Virus record (IMG/VR): IMGVR_UViG_3300028596_000001
DNA: 64,000 bases
Origin: a virus
Taxonomy: Duplodnaviria; Caudoviricetes
Direction: 5' to 3' (one strand)
The position numbers and the translations under genes are program-made. Within the stretch, counting starts at the first letter, position 1; every line of letters begins with the position of its first letter. Under the pieces are notes generated by a model, which had not been told where the DNA came from, did no database searches, and saw only the letters and a program-made list of their open reading frames with translations. Of the stretch, positions 36,101 through 45,184 are shown one piece after another.

Positions 36101-36919
36101 CTCGCTAGTGTCCGGGATATAGTCTTTAAGCAGCTCCTGAGCGCCCTGTGGGGTGCTGAGCAGCGTAGCCGATGTACCGGCCTTCTGTTCAGCCAACGAG
36201 GCCGTACGGTAGTTAGGGTGGTTACCCATGTTTACCGAGTCCTTAGTCGGGCCGTGTGGGACGTTGTAGTTGGAGTCGTGAGCCTTGAGTCGTGCTTGCT
36301 GGGCGTCACGCACCGCATACAGCTGGTCGAATGCTGCACGAATGGCATCGTTCAGATCTTCGGATACCGCAGGGTCACGAGTACTGACGATGCCAGCCAG
36401 GTAAGTGTAGAACCAGGTCAGTTCATACCAGTCACCGATCTCGGTCTTGATGCTGTGGCCGTGCCATTCTGGGGGCAGGGTAGCCGGAACACCAAACACC
36501 TTAGACCAAGGCACTGGGATATTGCCCTTGTGCATTTCATACATCCATTCCTCGATGCTGTTACGAGGAACGAAGTAAGCACCCACACTCTGGTAGTTAA
36601 TGGTGACGTATTCGTTTTCTTCGCGGATCTCGTCACTCAGCCGTACAAAACAAACAATCGGTCGACCGGTAACTTCTACCAACGGCATGAATTCTTCTTC
36701 GAGCCAATAGTCACGATCGCGTTTCAGTTCGGTACCGCGCTGATCGTAGACTACGGTCAGAGGCAACTGCCCATTCTTGGGATAGTCGCCAAAGAAAGGA
36801 GATGCGTCAGGAATGACCCAAGGACAGGTCTTGTCCTGAATCGGCATCTTCTCCCCTACAAACTTGTTCACGGGGTTCTTACCGTGAATGTCAAATTGCA
36901 CAATACGCAACGTATCCAT
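33200..36919 (-). CDS. Tail fibre/baseplate-associated virion protein (paralog 2)
   Basis: 1239 aa; phiKZ-like N-terminal PFF and WxxxxxxPxxxPPxxHxH motifs; C-terminal DLRDLDPAPQNK...ELLP. Confidence 0.8.
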   Translation of the reverse strand: MDTLRIVQFDIHGKNPVNKFVGEKMPIQDKTCPWVIPDASPFFGDYPKNGQLPLTVVYDQRGTELKRDRDYWLEEEFMPLVEVTGRPIVCFVRLSDEIREENEYVTINYQSVGAYFVPRNSIEEWMYEMHKGNIPVPWSKVFGVPATLPPEWHGHSIKTEIGDWYELTWFYTYLAGIVSTRDPAVSEDLNDAIRAAFDQLYAVRDAQQARLKAHDSNYNVPHGPTKDSVNMGNHPNYRTASLAEQKAGTSATLLSTPQGAQELLKDYIPDTSEAMRAGILPVSKFSNGGYIPPIITGSFEGLGSRSECMGICIEPDGRTVIIQNHFDGRNEGLYFSTLSDYNGPFNPNKLYDFIYTAYKYEPPVLTNIGVEPDAIIMGSGNDIIMVGQTYGSNPTVNDKWYLALTNNSFDPAGHRYIKVNMAPVYAQIGAISPTSKLDVYPYHGRMSVNLIDDWAILVVESHGYNTDGGIHSAGRLSFWRIPKQALIDATPATWELIKITYPDYDGVVYSNYNHWEYAQRQIVNGGIVRWGRYTFSPIPLAANTNGQFSRRILPMMAKKTGAANVAYLNVVLFTFFDYTPPGLGFNPVQAITNVVYEINLATGAMTSLYTQPTFNVDYNDPVGWVNERTKMMNWYNYTVRFVKQAVITTPQGETVGGVTDDAAEMVPLNSFIQTTKWAYSSSGQVINSREELLRGHVGTDRIKAHNIQLRRRNILTPVPIGLSTRYLAYEFEGENFVTTPTTINRPANAGIHAKVVCRNVSGDYAIRPQVSNINYGQVYSRPLVNTVYDTNMSVFEAVISITGSAAELAARGVGAGNMSMACCGWSSASLYMLSRLTLPSEAFQAPNPAGAFLTFPKTYRRTLDVANQKMMYEPNDYYGLSESFKAKVRSLIPPAKQGAFWSFTVNMLDGAVGGMFAGLNSAILHMKYPERADASSPILNARLLHIRPIVEAPNANHPGCYLITDFQVLSDPGEYVQLDHAVPSRAGWSAYLVNRGMLSMYRTGNTFKAAYNSAFVSVTGTQLMDLTIFDLDIGTGAITNLGGTVTDWVEGDAITNIPKVGRTRGDVVNRSVANRASITELIYSSGGACRIFPVVNGADTSYYATITAYPEVAWAIFFLEEVELMINGTMHRMPTGIQDLRDLDPAPQNKKYWVYATIVGEKGHYIISDTKLRQSGKLIHAATVTTGPNQILLIERRQPFMIGDLELSYSRKGGIIPVSSGFPQDDGNFTFLRAAELLP

Positions 36920-36939
36920 TCTTGATGCCTTTTAAAACA

Positions 36940-36971
36940 GGGGGAGTGTGGGGCGAACCCCACACCCTCCC
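36940..36971. terminator. Intergenic hairpin
   Basis: gggagtgtgggg-cgaa-ccccacaccctccc (TTCG loop on the minus strand). Confidence 0.55.
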
Positions 36972-36978
36972 ATTTACT

Positions 36979-39900
36979 TTAAGGAAGGAGTTCATCACTC
37001 CGTAGCCAAGGCAACTGACCTTCTGTGTTAGCCAGACCAGAGCTAGCAGGAATGCTGTTACCCCGCTTGAGTTCAGAAACACGGTTACCGTTTAGTGTAA
37101 ACACGTTAAACCGTTCGATCGTAGAGATCTGCAAAGGACCGGTGACCACAGTACCTACCCACAACGAGAACGGAGACTCCAGACGTTTGTCCGCAGCAAT
37201 CTCGTATGTCGGCACACCGTTGCGCAACAGCGCATAGATGTAGAAGGTTTTGTTCTGTGGGGCAGGATCGATATCGCGCAGGTCGATAGCTCCAGGCGGG
37301 AAGTTGTAACTCTTCCCGTTGAAGACTGCCTTAATAGCAGACTTGAAGAACACAGTCCAGCCGATCTGCGGATAAGCCGAACCAAGCAGGACCGTTTTAG
37401 TAGCGCCCTGGAACATGGTACCTGCACCGCCGGTCGAGCTACTGTGTGGTAGGGCATACACTACTGCGTCATCAGGAGCAACGCACTTGTGATTACCGCC
37501 GCCACTCTGCCCAGTCATGGTAATAAGGGTTGCCGAATCATTCCAGCGACGAGTTGCTTTGTTGTCGTATTGGAACAACGAGTAAGTAACCAAACTATCT
37601 CCTGGTCCCCCCGCACTAATCCCTGGATCAAAGAATCCAATGATCTGGTTACCGTTTACATGGTAGCCAGCACGCGGAGCGCCGTGTGTCGAGTTAGGGT
37701 GGTTACCAGCCACAAAAGCGTCCCAGGTAGTAGGGGTGAGGTAAGCAGCAGCGCCTTCATACACGTAATGCTTTTTATCAAGCACCGTGTACCCAGTGAC
37801 TACCTTGTTGGCTCCCCCGGAATAAACCGGGGCGATGCTGAGCAAAGTAACACGACGATCTGTTGTACCTACCTTGGCCCAGTTGATCATCACCATGATC
37901 GGCAGCCAACCAAACTTGTTGGTGAGATCGCCAGTTGGGTCACAGATGCTGACAAAGACTCTAGGACATACGTTCATCCCTGCAACATCATCAACCTCTG
38001 TTTTAAGTTGGTTAACGATGGACTGCGGATACAAGATTGTCGAAGTGGGGACAATATTGATAGTGCCGTCAGCCTGTATTTGTCGAACGTGTCCTGTGAT
38101 CAATGGAACGTCGTCAGGGTTAGTGCCGGCGAACCAAGTACCAGGGTACTGGGCGTAATCCATGTACTTCTTCTGAACGCCTACACAGAAAGTCGACTCT
38201 CCGAGATCGGTGCCAAAGGAATCCAACTGAGCTGCAGGGACGGTAACACTAGCCCCACCAGCTTGCGGAGGTCCGTTAACTTGACGAACGTCGTTGTTCA
38301 ACGGGCGCGCCAGCATATTGGGGTACAGGATGTTGGTTACTTCAGTGCGCTTAGCCAACTTCCCCGGGCCAACACGGTAATACAACCGATTGAAGCCAAG
38401 GGTTGCAGGATCAGGAGCATTGTAGAAATCGCCACCATTGCCCAACAGGAACGATCTAGGCTTCACCGTAGACTTCAGCGGGCTTACGATCGTTTCGATT
38501 ATCCTGGTATCACTAACGTCAGCATCTACCTCCGTATTCCATACCCGCCGCATTGTTTCATAAGGGGTTTTCCAACTACGTGATTTCAACATGTGCATAC
38601 CACGTGGGAAACTTTGGTATTCACCCCTGCTGGCAACAATGGTACCATCATCAAGAATGGTCACGCCCTGCTGTCGGTCGTAAAACACCAACAGGGTCAT
38701 TACGTTATTGCCCCGGCTCGGCAGGTTGGTGTAATCCAAATTATGCCGAGGGGTCTGGTTGACCAACGTCATTATGTTGGTGGCCGGATCGAACTCATAC
38801 AACATATCGATCATGGTGTCATAGTTGACGTTAATGCCAGGGACGATGTACCTGGAATAGAACGCAGCCATGAACCGCAACAGGAATTTACCTGGCTTGT
38901 CCGGGATTGGGCAGACCAGGGTTTGCTGTCCTCGATAAGCCCCAGTGGTAATCAAATTATCCTTCTGGACAAAATCGAAGTACCATCTGTAGTAGTGGTC
39001 TGACTTACCATTCGGATGCGGGATAGGGGTACCCCAGCGCCAGTTTGGTGAGTTCATCCACTGCATGCCCTCGCCGTCTTTAAAGCTGAGGGTTACATGT
39101 ACGGCGGTGGCCGGCAACTGACTGGCTACAGTAGCCTTGGGTACCCTGAACATATACCGGAAGTTAATCCCGGTGGTGCCAAATTCCGCTACCTTGCTAG
39201 CGTTATAAGGCGTTGCCAGTACCAGATAAATCCAGTCGCCCATCAACACCACACTAAGGTTGTTAAACCAACCAACGACACTGTGGCCTGCCGGAAGCGT
39301 GTTCGCAAGTGCCGAGACGTCCAAACGGCTGTAAACGTGTTTAGCTGGATCCAGCGAACCGTTAGTCAACCCGAGATAGAACGCATTCTTGGTGCTGTCG
39401 CATACCAGGATAACTTCTTTACCGCTACCTTGGGCAATGAAGTTAGGCCTGGCACCATCCGCCTCGAACAACTGGTGGGTATAACGATAACCGGTGTAGT
39501 CCAATTTCGGTTTGTCGTATGGGGTTTGTACCACAGAGTAATACAAGCCCTGCACCCGGCCATCGAAACGGTTGGCCAGGAACACTAACGAACCGTCAGA
39601 CTCCATGCAGATGCCAGCGGTTTCGGACATACCGCCCAAACCTTCAAACGAACCGTCGATAGAAGGCGGGATGAAGTTACTGTTACCGAACTGGGCAACA
39701 GGCAACAGGTTACTACCCAGCAACTCCGCAGCGTTGAACGCGTAGGTGTCGAGGATGGTCTTCATGCCGCCTGGAGTGAGGTGACGATCACTACGCGGAG
39801 TAATCAGATCGTCACCACGAGCAGTGGGGAAGTTGTCCACCAGCCCCAGGCCAGCCTGGGTCTTGGTGAAGCCATGGCTGTCGTAAGCGTTCTTGTGGCG

Positions 39901-40530
39901 GTTCAGGCTGTCCAACAACTCAGTCTTGTAGACGTTGATGTAGTTGGTCATCAAGTTGATGTAATGATCGAACTTGACTTCCAGCGCAGTACGAGCATTC
40001 ATCTCCATCAGCGCCATCATCGATTCGATCAGGTCCACCCAATCCTTGAACGCCACCATGTCGTACAGCAGGCTGTGGCGGTGCAGCTTAGGCCGGAACG
40101 ACGTTGGCTTGTTGGTGAGGTATTCCCACCAGGCCGGACGGTTGTCGTTGGTGAGATCGATAACCATCTTGAGGAAAGTACTGTCGAACAGACTGAACTC
40201 CCCTACCACGTCGTAATCGATAAACCCGGCAGTGATATCCGGATTCAGGAACTCGATCATGCACGCTACCGGTTTAGCGGTAAGTTCGGTCAACCCACCC
40301 ATGATGCGGTAAATGCGGTAGTCACCCTTACCTTCCTTGTTAGCCGCAACAAGTGGTTCCATGTTCGCGTTGTAAACCCGCAGGCTCTTTACAAAGAACG
40401 GGGCGTTAACCGGTACTACGATCCTGGTCCAAATCCCAGGGGCCATAGCAAACGGTTCCCCCTGGATTTTGTTATCAGGATTGATATTCAGAATATCCTT
40501 GCGGTATTCCGGGACAATAGGGAAGTTCAT
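36979..40530 (-). CDS. Tail fibre/baseplate-associated virion protein (paralog 1)
   Basis: ~1183 aa from ATG 40530 (AAGGA RBS); same architecture as the 33200 gene. Confidence 0.8.
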   Translation of the reverse strand: MNFPIVPEYRKDILNINPDNKIQGEPFAMAPGIWTRIVVPVNAPFFVKSLRVYNANMEPLVAANKEGKGDYRIYRIMGGLTELTAKPVACMIEFLNPDITAGFIDYDVVGEFSLFDSTFLKMVIDLTNDNRPAWWEYLTNKPTSFRPKLHRHSLLYDMVAFKDWVDLIESMMALMEMNARTALEVKFDHYINLMTNYINVYKTELLDSLNRHKNAYDSHGFTKTQAGLGLVDNFPTARGDDLITPRSDRHLTPGGMKTILDTYAFNAAELLGSNLLPVAQFGNSNFIPPSIDGSFEGLGGMSETAGICMESDGSLVFLANRFDGRVQGLYYSVVQTPYDKPKLDYTGYRYTHQLFEADGARPNFIAQGSGKEVILVCDSTKNAFYLGLTNGSLDPAKHVYSRLDVSALANTLPAGHSVVGWFNNLSVVLMGDWIYLVLATPYNASKVAEFGTTGINFRYMFRVPKATVASQLPATAVHVTLSFKDGEGMQWMNSPNWRWGTPIPHPNGKSDHYYRWYFDFVQKDNLITTGAYRGQQTLVCPIPDKPGKFLLRFMAAFYSRYIVPGINVNYDTMIDMLYEFDPATNIMTLVNQTPRHNLDYTNLPSRGNNVMTLLVFYDRQQGVTILDDGTIVASRGEYQSFPRGMHMLKSRSWKTPYETMRRVWNTEVDADVSDTRIIETIVSPLKSTVKPRSFLLGNGGDFYNAPDPATLGFNRLYYRVGPGKLAKRTEVTNILYPNMLARPLNNDVRQVNGPPQAGGASVTVPAAQLDSFGTDLGESTFCVGVQKKYMDYAQYPGTWFAGTNPDDVPLITGHVRQIQADGTINIVPTSTILYPQSIVNQLKTEVDDVAGMNVCPRVFVSICDPTGDLTNKFGWLPIMVMINWAKVGTTDRRVTLLSIAPVYSGGANKVVTGYTVLDKKHYVYEGAAAYLTPTTWDAFVAGNHPNSTHGAPRAGYHVNGNQIIGFFDPGISAGGPGDSLVTYSLFQYDNKATRRWNDSATLITMTGQSGGGNHKCVAPDDAVVYALPHSSSTGGAGTMFQGATKTVLLGSAYPQIGWTVFFKSAIKAVFNGKSYNFPPGAIDLRDIDPAPQNKTFYIYALLRNGVPTYEIAADKRLESPFSLWVGTVVTGPLQISTIERFNVFTLNGNRVSELKRGNSIPASSGLANTEGQLPWLRSDELLP

Positions 40531-40540
40531 GGATTGTTCC

Positions 40541-41305
40541 TTAATCGAGTTTAAGGGTACCATCCCGCAGCTGACGGAGACCCTCTTTAAAGGTTTCCAT
40601 GGTCAAGGTGACGTTGGCACTGTTACCCTTAAGGTCGTTGGTAGTCGACGGGCGGTTGTTCGCCACATCTGGAATACCGAGATCGCCTTTGTCGGCCGGG
40701 TGTGCTTCTGGCAGACGTTTCTGCAAGTGCTCTTCCAGCAAGGCCAGGGCGTTGGTAGTAGCTGAGGTGTCAGTCAGTACCATGATCAGGCTTTTCAGCG
40801 CGGTGTAGTTCTCCAGCCAGTCGTAGGTCTGGGTCTCTGGGTGTTCGTGTGGATCTGGTGGGAAGTCGAACGGTACGTCTACCAGATCACCCCAGTCAAC
40901 GATACGCGGGCTGTTGGCAATGTTCGCCACCAGGGTAGCCCAAGCCACTTCATCGAGGATGAACGGACCACCGATGGTATCGTAGTCGCACAACAGTACT
41001 TCGTTGGGGAACGGCTTCAACAGTACGATCGCACCAAAACAGTTACGCTGGTAGGTCTGAATGAAACGATCGAAGCTGTGAGCGAAGGCGTAGTCTACGC
41101 CTGGAGTAAGTGGGGTGTTACTACCTTGACGACGGATTACAAACTTGCTGTTGGGCTTGGTAACTGGAGCGCCAGAAAAGAACGGACCGCAGCGAGGAAC
41201 GAAGACACGACGGTCATTATCACCGGAGGTTTTGATGACTTCTCCGATGATCCTGCAATCGATTCGCTCCTGGAATGGGTTCCATGGATAAGTGGGGTTA
41301 GCCAT
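40541..41305 (-). CDS. Baseplate wedge-type structural protein
   Basis: Shares the N-terminal module (VPRCGPFF, WGDLVDVPFDFPPDPHEH) with the large paralogs. Confidence 0.7.
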   Translation of the reverse strand: MANPTYPWNPFQERIDCRIIGEVIKTSGDNDRRVFVPRCGPFFSGAPVTKPNSKFVIRRQGSNTPLTPGVDYAFAHSFDRFIQTYQRNCFGAIVLLKPFPNEVLLCDYDTIGGPFILDEVAWATLVANIANSPRIVDWGDLVDVPFDFPPDPHEHPETQTYDWLENYTALKSLIMVLTDTSATTNALALLEEHLQKRLPEAHPADKGDLGIPDVANNRPSTTNDLKGNSANVTLTMETFKEGLRQLRDGTLKLD

Positions 41306-41433
41306 CAATAATGCTCCTGTTAAGAATTACTAGGGCTGAAGGCATTTTATGACCTGCCCCTTACAGTGAAGCTGAGGGCTATAAGCTTATAGCCTTAGCA
41401 TTTTTCATAGAATCCAAAGGAGTTGCACCCCCT

Positions 41434-42672
41434 ATGTATACTTACGACAGGGCTGTTGGCATTAGCCGACGTTCTCCTAAAGGTGAAGAACTTCTGGATA
41501 TTGCAGCTGTTCCGTGCAATACCCTGTTTACTGAATATAGTCGTTTGATTATCGTTGTGGATGACAGTATCGCCCAGCGTAAGGTCTCTGTAGACCTCCA
41601 GTACTACTACGTCGAATTGGGCTCCTACACTGGGACTATCCAGGAGTGGTTGAATACCAAGACCAACGTAGTACTGCGCACCAGCAATACCCTGCCAGGT
41701 GATCGGTATCGTTTCGTTACCACCCACGACATTCAGTATGAGAACTTTAGCCTTTTGCCTGGTAGTGTTGTCCAAGGTGACGACCGCCAAGACCTGCTGA
41801 CTACTTCCGATGCGCCCGACATCCGTATAGTCAAGACCGACGGTAGTGACGTTGATTACGACGCACTAGTCCAGCGTTGCCTGTGGGTTATCAACGGTCA
41901 CTTGACTCGCGCTATCCCTGGTAACAAATGTCTGTTCCTGCGTAACGCCGGTAAACACTTTAACGTGTATGACAACATCCACGTTAACGCGCTGAACTTT
42001 AATACGGTCAGCAAACTGAATACCTATCCCATTGATCTGGACGATATCAAGTTCGAACTGGTTAATGGTGTGCCGTATCTGCATGTCAAATCTAAAGTAC
42101 CTCTGCAGGGTAAAACCACATGGATGTCTATTGGTGGTCGATTGTACCTGGATGACGTTGTGCAGTATCGCGGTAACGACAGCTTTGCTATCCAGATCAA
42201 TAAGGTAGACTGGTTCACAGCTATCTTCGACTCCAAGCAATTGATTGACTTGAGCTCGGTTATCGACAGAGACCGCATGGTGGTTGATAAGGACTTCTTC
42301 AAAACCGAAGAGTTCTTTACCAACTTGCTTACCGATCTGTCGTCGTTCTTAATTGTACTCGACAACCCTCACCTGGATGTTAGTCTCGTCCCCATGACTA
42401 ACTATCTGTATCCATTCACCTACCATACGGAAGAAACTCGTCGTCTGCCGATCTTGACAGGCAACGGGCTACTACCGAAGTACTTTACGCGCAGGATTGT
42501 AAACAGGAGACTTCTTGATATTGATATCGGTGTGCAAAGACTGTACGTAAACAACACAACTGGAATCCGCAACGAAGGGAATCTCTTCCATGGATTCAAG
42601 AGCAAGTACGCGCCAAGTAAACTCCATCCGGGGTACTTACTTTATATCCGTGGCATCATTCAAGGGGACTAG
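41434..42672 (+). CDS. Conserved phiKZ-like protein, probably structural
   Basis: 412-aa ORF with a TATG start context, in the structural block. Confidence 0.65.
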   Translation: MYTYDRAVGISRRSPKGEELLDIAAVPCNTLFTEYSRLIIVVDDSIAQRKVSVDLQYYYVELGSYTGTIQEWLNTKTNVVLRTSNTLPGDRYRFVTTHDIQYENFSLLPGSVVQGDDRQDLLTTSDAPDIRIVKTDGSDVDYDALVQRCLWVINGHLTRAIPGNKCLFLRNAGKHFNVYDNIHVNALNFNTVSKLNTYPIDLDDIKFELVNGVPYLHVKSKVPLQGKTTWMSIGGRLYLDDVVQYRGNDSFAIQINKVDWFTAIFDSKQLIDLSSVIDRDRMVVDKDFFKTEEFFTNLLTDLSSFLIVLDNPHLDVSLVPMTNYLYPFTYHTEETRRLPILTGNGLLPKYFTRRIVNRRLLDIDIGVQRLYVNNTTGIRNEGNLFHGFKSKYAPSKLHPGYLLYIRGIIQGD

Positions 42673-42675
42673 TCC

Positions 42676-43233
42676 ATGGGACAAGCTATTAAGGCTTGGG
42701 TACTCCTAGATCGACTGAGAGCGATTGTGACATTGATCGCAGTCGTTATCGGAGCAGGCTTGATCATCTGGCAGTTCGTATCACCACGACCGGTGAAGCT
42801 GGATCCTGAAGCACTGAACTCGATCAAGGAAGCCACCGAACAGATCCGTCGTGCTGCACAGGGCACCGAACAAGTTGTCAAAGACAACGCCCTGTTCAAA
42901 TCCACGATACAGGATCAAATTAAAAACCAGACAAAGTTGCGAGACGCAAACTATGACCTACTCTTTGAGGAGTTTGGTGTCGACCCTCTACCGAAGTCTC
43001 TTGGGCTTGGTGGCTTTGGCGGCACTGATGGCATGCAGCCACAACCCGACCATCTCGGAGGGTTCCATGTACCTCCAGATCCAGGCGGACCAAGTGGCGT
43101 ACAGCGCCTACGCGACCCAATTGCAGATCAACCAAAAGCAGCTGACCGAAGTACTCCCGGAGTTCCAGGAGGTAACTCCCATCCCCCCTCAGAGCAGGGT
43201 GAACGACCTGGCGGCGTGGCTGGAGCAAAATAA
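42676..43233 (+). CDS. Putative inner-membrane spanin (i-spanin)
   Basis: N-terminal TM helix (AIVTLIAVVIGAGLIIWQFV) then coiled coil; overlapped by a lipoprotein gene. Confidence 0.65.
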   Translation: MGQAIKAWVLLDRLRAIVTLIAVVIGAGLIIWQFVSPRPVKLDPEALNSIKEATEQIRRAAQGTEQVVKDNALFKSTIQDQIKNQTKLRDANYDLLFEEFGVDPLPKSLGLGGFGGTDGMQPQPDHLGGFHVPPDPGGPSGVQRLRDPIADQPKAADRSTPGVPGGNSHPPSEQGERPGGVAGAK

Positions 43234-43438
43234 CTGCCTGCTGCCTAACCTTTCACCCACCGAAAGGGTTCATTGTTATCAAGTCACGCGGGTCTTCTTG
43301 ATTCAAACGACCAAGCAACTTGATGAACAAGACATGACGTTGTGGGCTGCGAAGAAAACTATCAAGCAGCTGATCGAAAACATGAACAAGATCATCGACA
43401 TGGCTCCGAGCCCTGCGAATGAACTTAAACCTCCCTAA
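42953..43438 (+). CDS. Putative outer-membrane spanin lipoprotein (o-spanin)
   Basis: Internal ATG 42953 gives MTYSLRSLVSTLYRSLLGLVALAALMA-C lipobox; 281-nt overlap with the upstream gene in another frame. Confidence 0.65.
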   Translation: MTYSLRSLVSTLYRSLLGLVALAALMACSHNPTISEGSMYLQIQADQVAYSAYATQLQINQKQLTEVLPEFQEVTPIPPQSRVNDLAAWLEQNNCLLPNLSPTERVHCYQVTRVFLIQTTKQLDEQDMTLWAAKKTIKQLIENMNKIIDMAPSPANELKPP

Positions 43439-43466
43439 GTTAGTCCCCCAAAGCAGCATAAAACAA

Positions 43467-43511
43467 CTATACCCTCCAGGAGCCTTTACAGGGCTCCTGG
43501 AGGGGTTATAG
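43467..43511. terminator. Terminator hairpin between convergent genes
   Basis: ctataccctccaggagcc...ggctcctggaggggttatag. Confidence 0.7.
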
Positions 43512-43531
43512 CTGCTTATTGGTGTAACGCA

Positions 43532-43948
43532 CTACTGTTGCTGCGGATCGTTACCAGGCGTATCGTTACCCCCTTTGTTGGGGGATCTGATAAAGTCTGC
43601 TGCACGGTTCCGCAAACGATCGGTGAGATCGGTACCTTGCATGATCGTGGAGATGGTCTTGTTGGCGTTAACCCAAGTCCATGCCACTACTACCAGGCCG
43701 ATGTTAGTCAGCATGATAGTGATCTCACTTGGCCAGATACCTTTATCAGATACCGACAAGTGCGTGGTATAGGCGTTGATCACCGAAGTAATGCACATGG
43801 TGATGATCGCCAACATACCGCCTAAGTTACGAAGAATGATCGTCCACTTGCCGAACAGCTCCCTTTCGATTTCTGCGCCGGCGGCGACGGGAAGATTTGA
43901 CTGGGGCTGGTCGGACGGGAGGAGCTCTTCTTGGGGCGAGTCCTTCAT
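43532..43948 (-). CDS. Two-TM membrane protein, holin candidate
   Basis: Start ATG 43948 with GAGG RBS; two TM helices and a charged C-tail; adjacent to the spanin pair. Confidence 0.5.
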   Translation of the reverse strand: MKDSPQEELLPSDQPQSNLPVAAGAEIERELFGKWTIILRNLGGMLAIITMCITSVINAYTTHLSVSDKGIWPSEITIMLTNIGLVVVAWTWVNANKTISTIMQGTDLTDRLRNRAADFIRSPNKGGNDTPGNDPQQQ

Positions 43949-44567
43949 GGAACACCTCAAATTGTTTGCCGATGATTTCGCAACGGAACAAAGCCACGGC
44001 AGTTGCGTCGATGGAGTGCTCATCAAGAAGGTTTAAATCACAATCCCCCGCATCAAGCCAAGCATATTCCAATACGCCTGCTTTTACATCTTCTTTCTGG
44101 GTGCCCTTGAAAGCCGCACCCACCACTTCCTTAGCCAGCATAGGCAGGACATAAGACAAGTGTACTTCATTATCAGTAAACTGTTCCTGCACCATTGACA
44201 CAAACTGAATCAACTGTTTAAACGTACCAGGGGAAACCCCGAGGAAGTTGTCTTCACAGATGCCAGTCATAGAACGTGAAATGATCTTTACTTCATCCCA
44301 GTCAGTCGAGTAGATACGCAGCAGGTTACCCAGTGCGCGGGCCAAAGCCCAGCTACGAGCCAATACACCAGTCTCGTGTGTGTCGTCAAACTGTACCGGG
44401 ATGTCGTACAGACACCGATCGCCTTTAATGGTGTTAGCGTACACCAACTTGAATGGGGTCTGTTGCGTCAAATCAACATCAATGATGCACACCCCCATAT
44501 TCGTGGTGGAAGGGTCGATGCCGACGACCCTTATCACATGAGGGACTTTTACGAAGTCCTTAAGCAT
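43827..44567 (-). CDS. ruvC: RuvC-like Holliday junction resolvase
   Basis: VVGIDPSTTNMG, ICEDNF, KEDVK, DEHSIDATAV acidic catalytic motifs. Confidence 0.85.
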   Translation of the reverse strand: MLKDFVKVPHVIRVVGIDPSTTNMGVCIIDVDLTQQTPFKLVYANTIKGDRCLYDIPVQFDDTHETGVLARSWALARALGNLLRIYSTDWDEVKIISRSMTGICEDNFLGVSPGTFKQLIQFVSMVQEQFTDNEVHLSYVLPMLAKEVVGAAFKGTQKEDVKAGVLEYAWLDAGDCDLNLLDEHSIDATAVALFRCEIIGKQFEVFHEGLAPRRAPPVRPAPVKSSRRRRRRNRKGAVRQVDDHSS

Positions 44568-45181
44568 ATGAATCCTTGCGTTTCACCCTCGTGCAATTTC
44601 ACGATCACTACATAGGGTGAGTAATCCAATAAAAATTCATCGGGCGCATCGATACTCCAACCCTTGAACACTACCTCGAAACCTGCCGTGGACAACAGAC
44701 CAAACGTACCGGCCATCCAGCGACCCAGGTAGTTGTAGTTGTTCAACAACGTAGCGAGGCGATAGTTGACATCGTTCACTACGTTGTAGGTTGGCACCGG
44801 GATACCAACAGGCACGTCATTGAGGAAGTCCAGCTCTTCTTTCAGATCGATCACGAGCGGTGTACCCAGGAACGGGGTGTACTCACGTGGACCGAAAGGA
44901 TTGTTAAGCGTGACCCGAGGGGCTGGCGCTACGCTGGACATCATGTTGACAAAGGTCATCAACACGTTGCCGCCTTCCTTGCTGATCAGTTCCAGTTTGA
45001 TCTTGCCATCTGGACCGACGTAAGCTTGGGAGTCAGCGTAGTTTTCAGATGCCAGAGGGGACATGGGTAGATACATGTTGTTGATCATACCCAGGGCATC
45101 TGGCATGAGCATCCCCTCGGCAAGCGGGAGGTGCACGGTGTTGGTACCGAGGTTATCGGCCAAAGCTGCTAACACATCCAT
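44549..45181 (-). CDS. Putative virion structural protein
   Basis: 210-aa ORF in the baseplate operon. Confidence 0.6.
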   Translation of the reverse strand: MDVLAALADNLGTNTVHLPLAEGMLMPDALGMINNMYLPMSPLASENYADSQAYVGPDGKIKLELISKEGGNVLMTFVNMMSSVAPAPRVTLNNPFGPREYTPFLGTPLVIDLKEELDFLNDVPVGIPVPTYNVVNDVNYRLATLLNNYNYLGRWMAGTFGLLSTAGFEVVFKGWSIDAPDEFLLDYSPYVVIVKLHEGETQGFICLRTS

Positions 45182-45184
45182 GTC

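Noticed and set aside
30351-39588. Long plus-strand ORFs (760, 533, 326, 364 aa and others) opposite the tail genes
   Set aside because: Antisense shadow frames of large minus-strand genes; V/R/H-rich composition typical of non-coding frames
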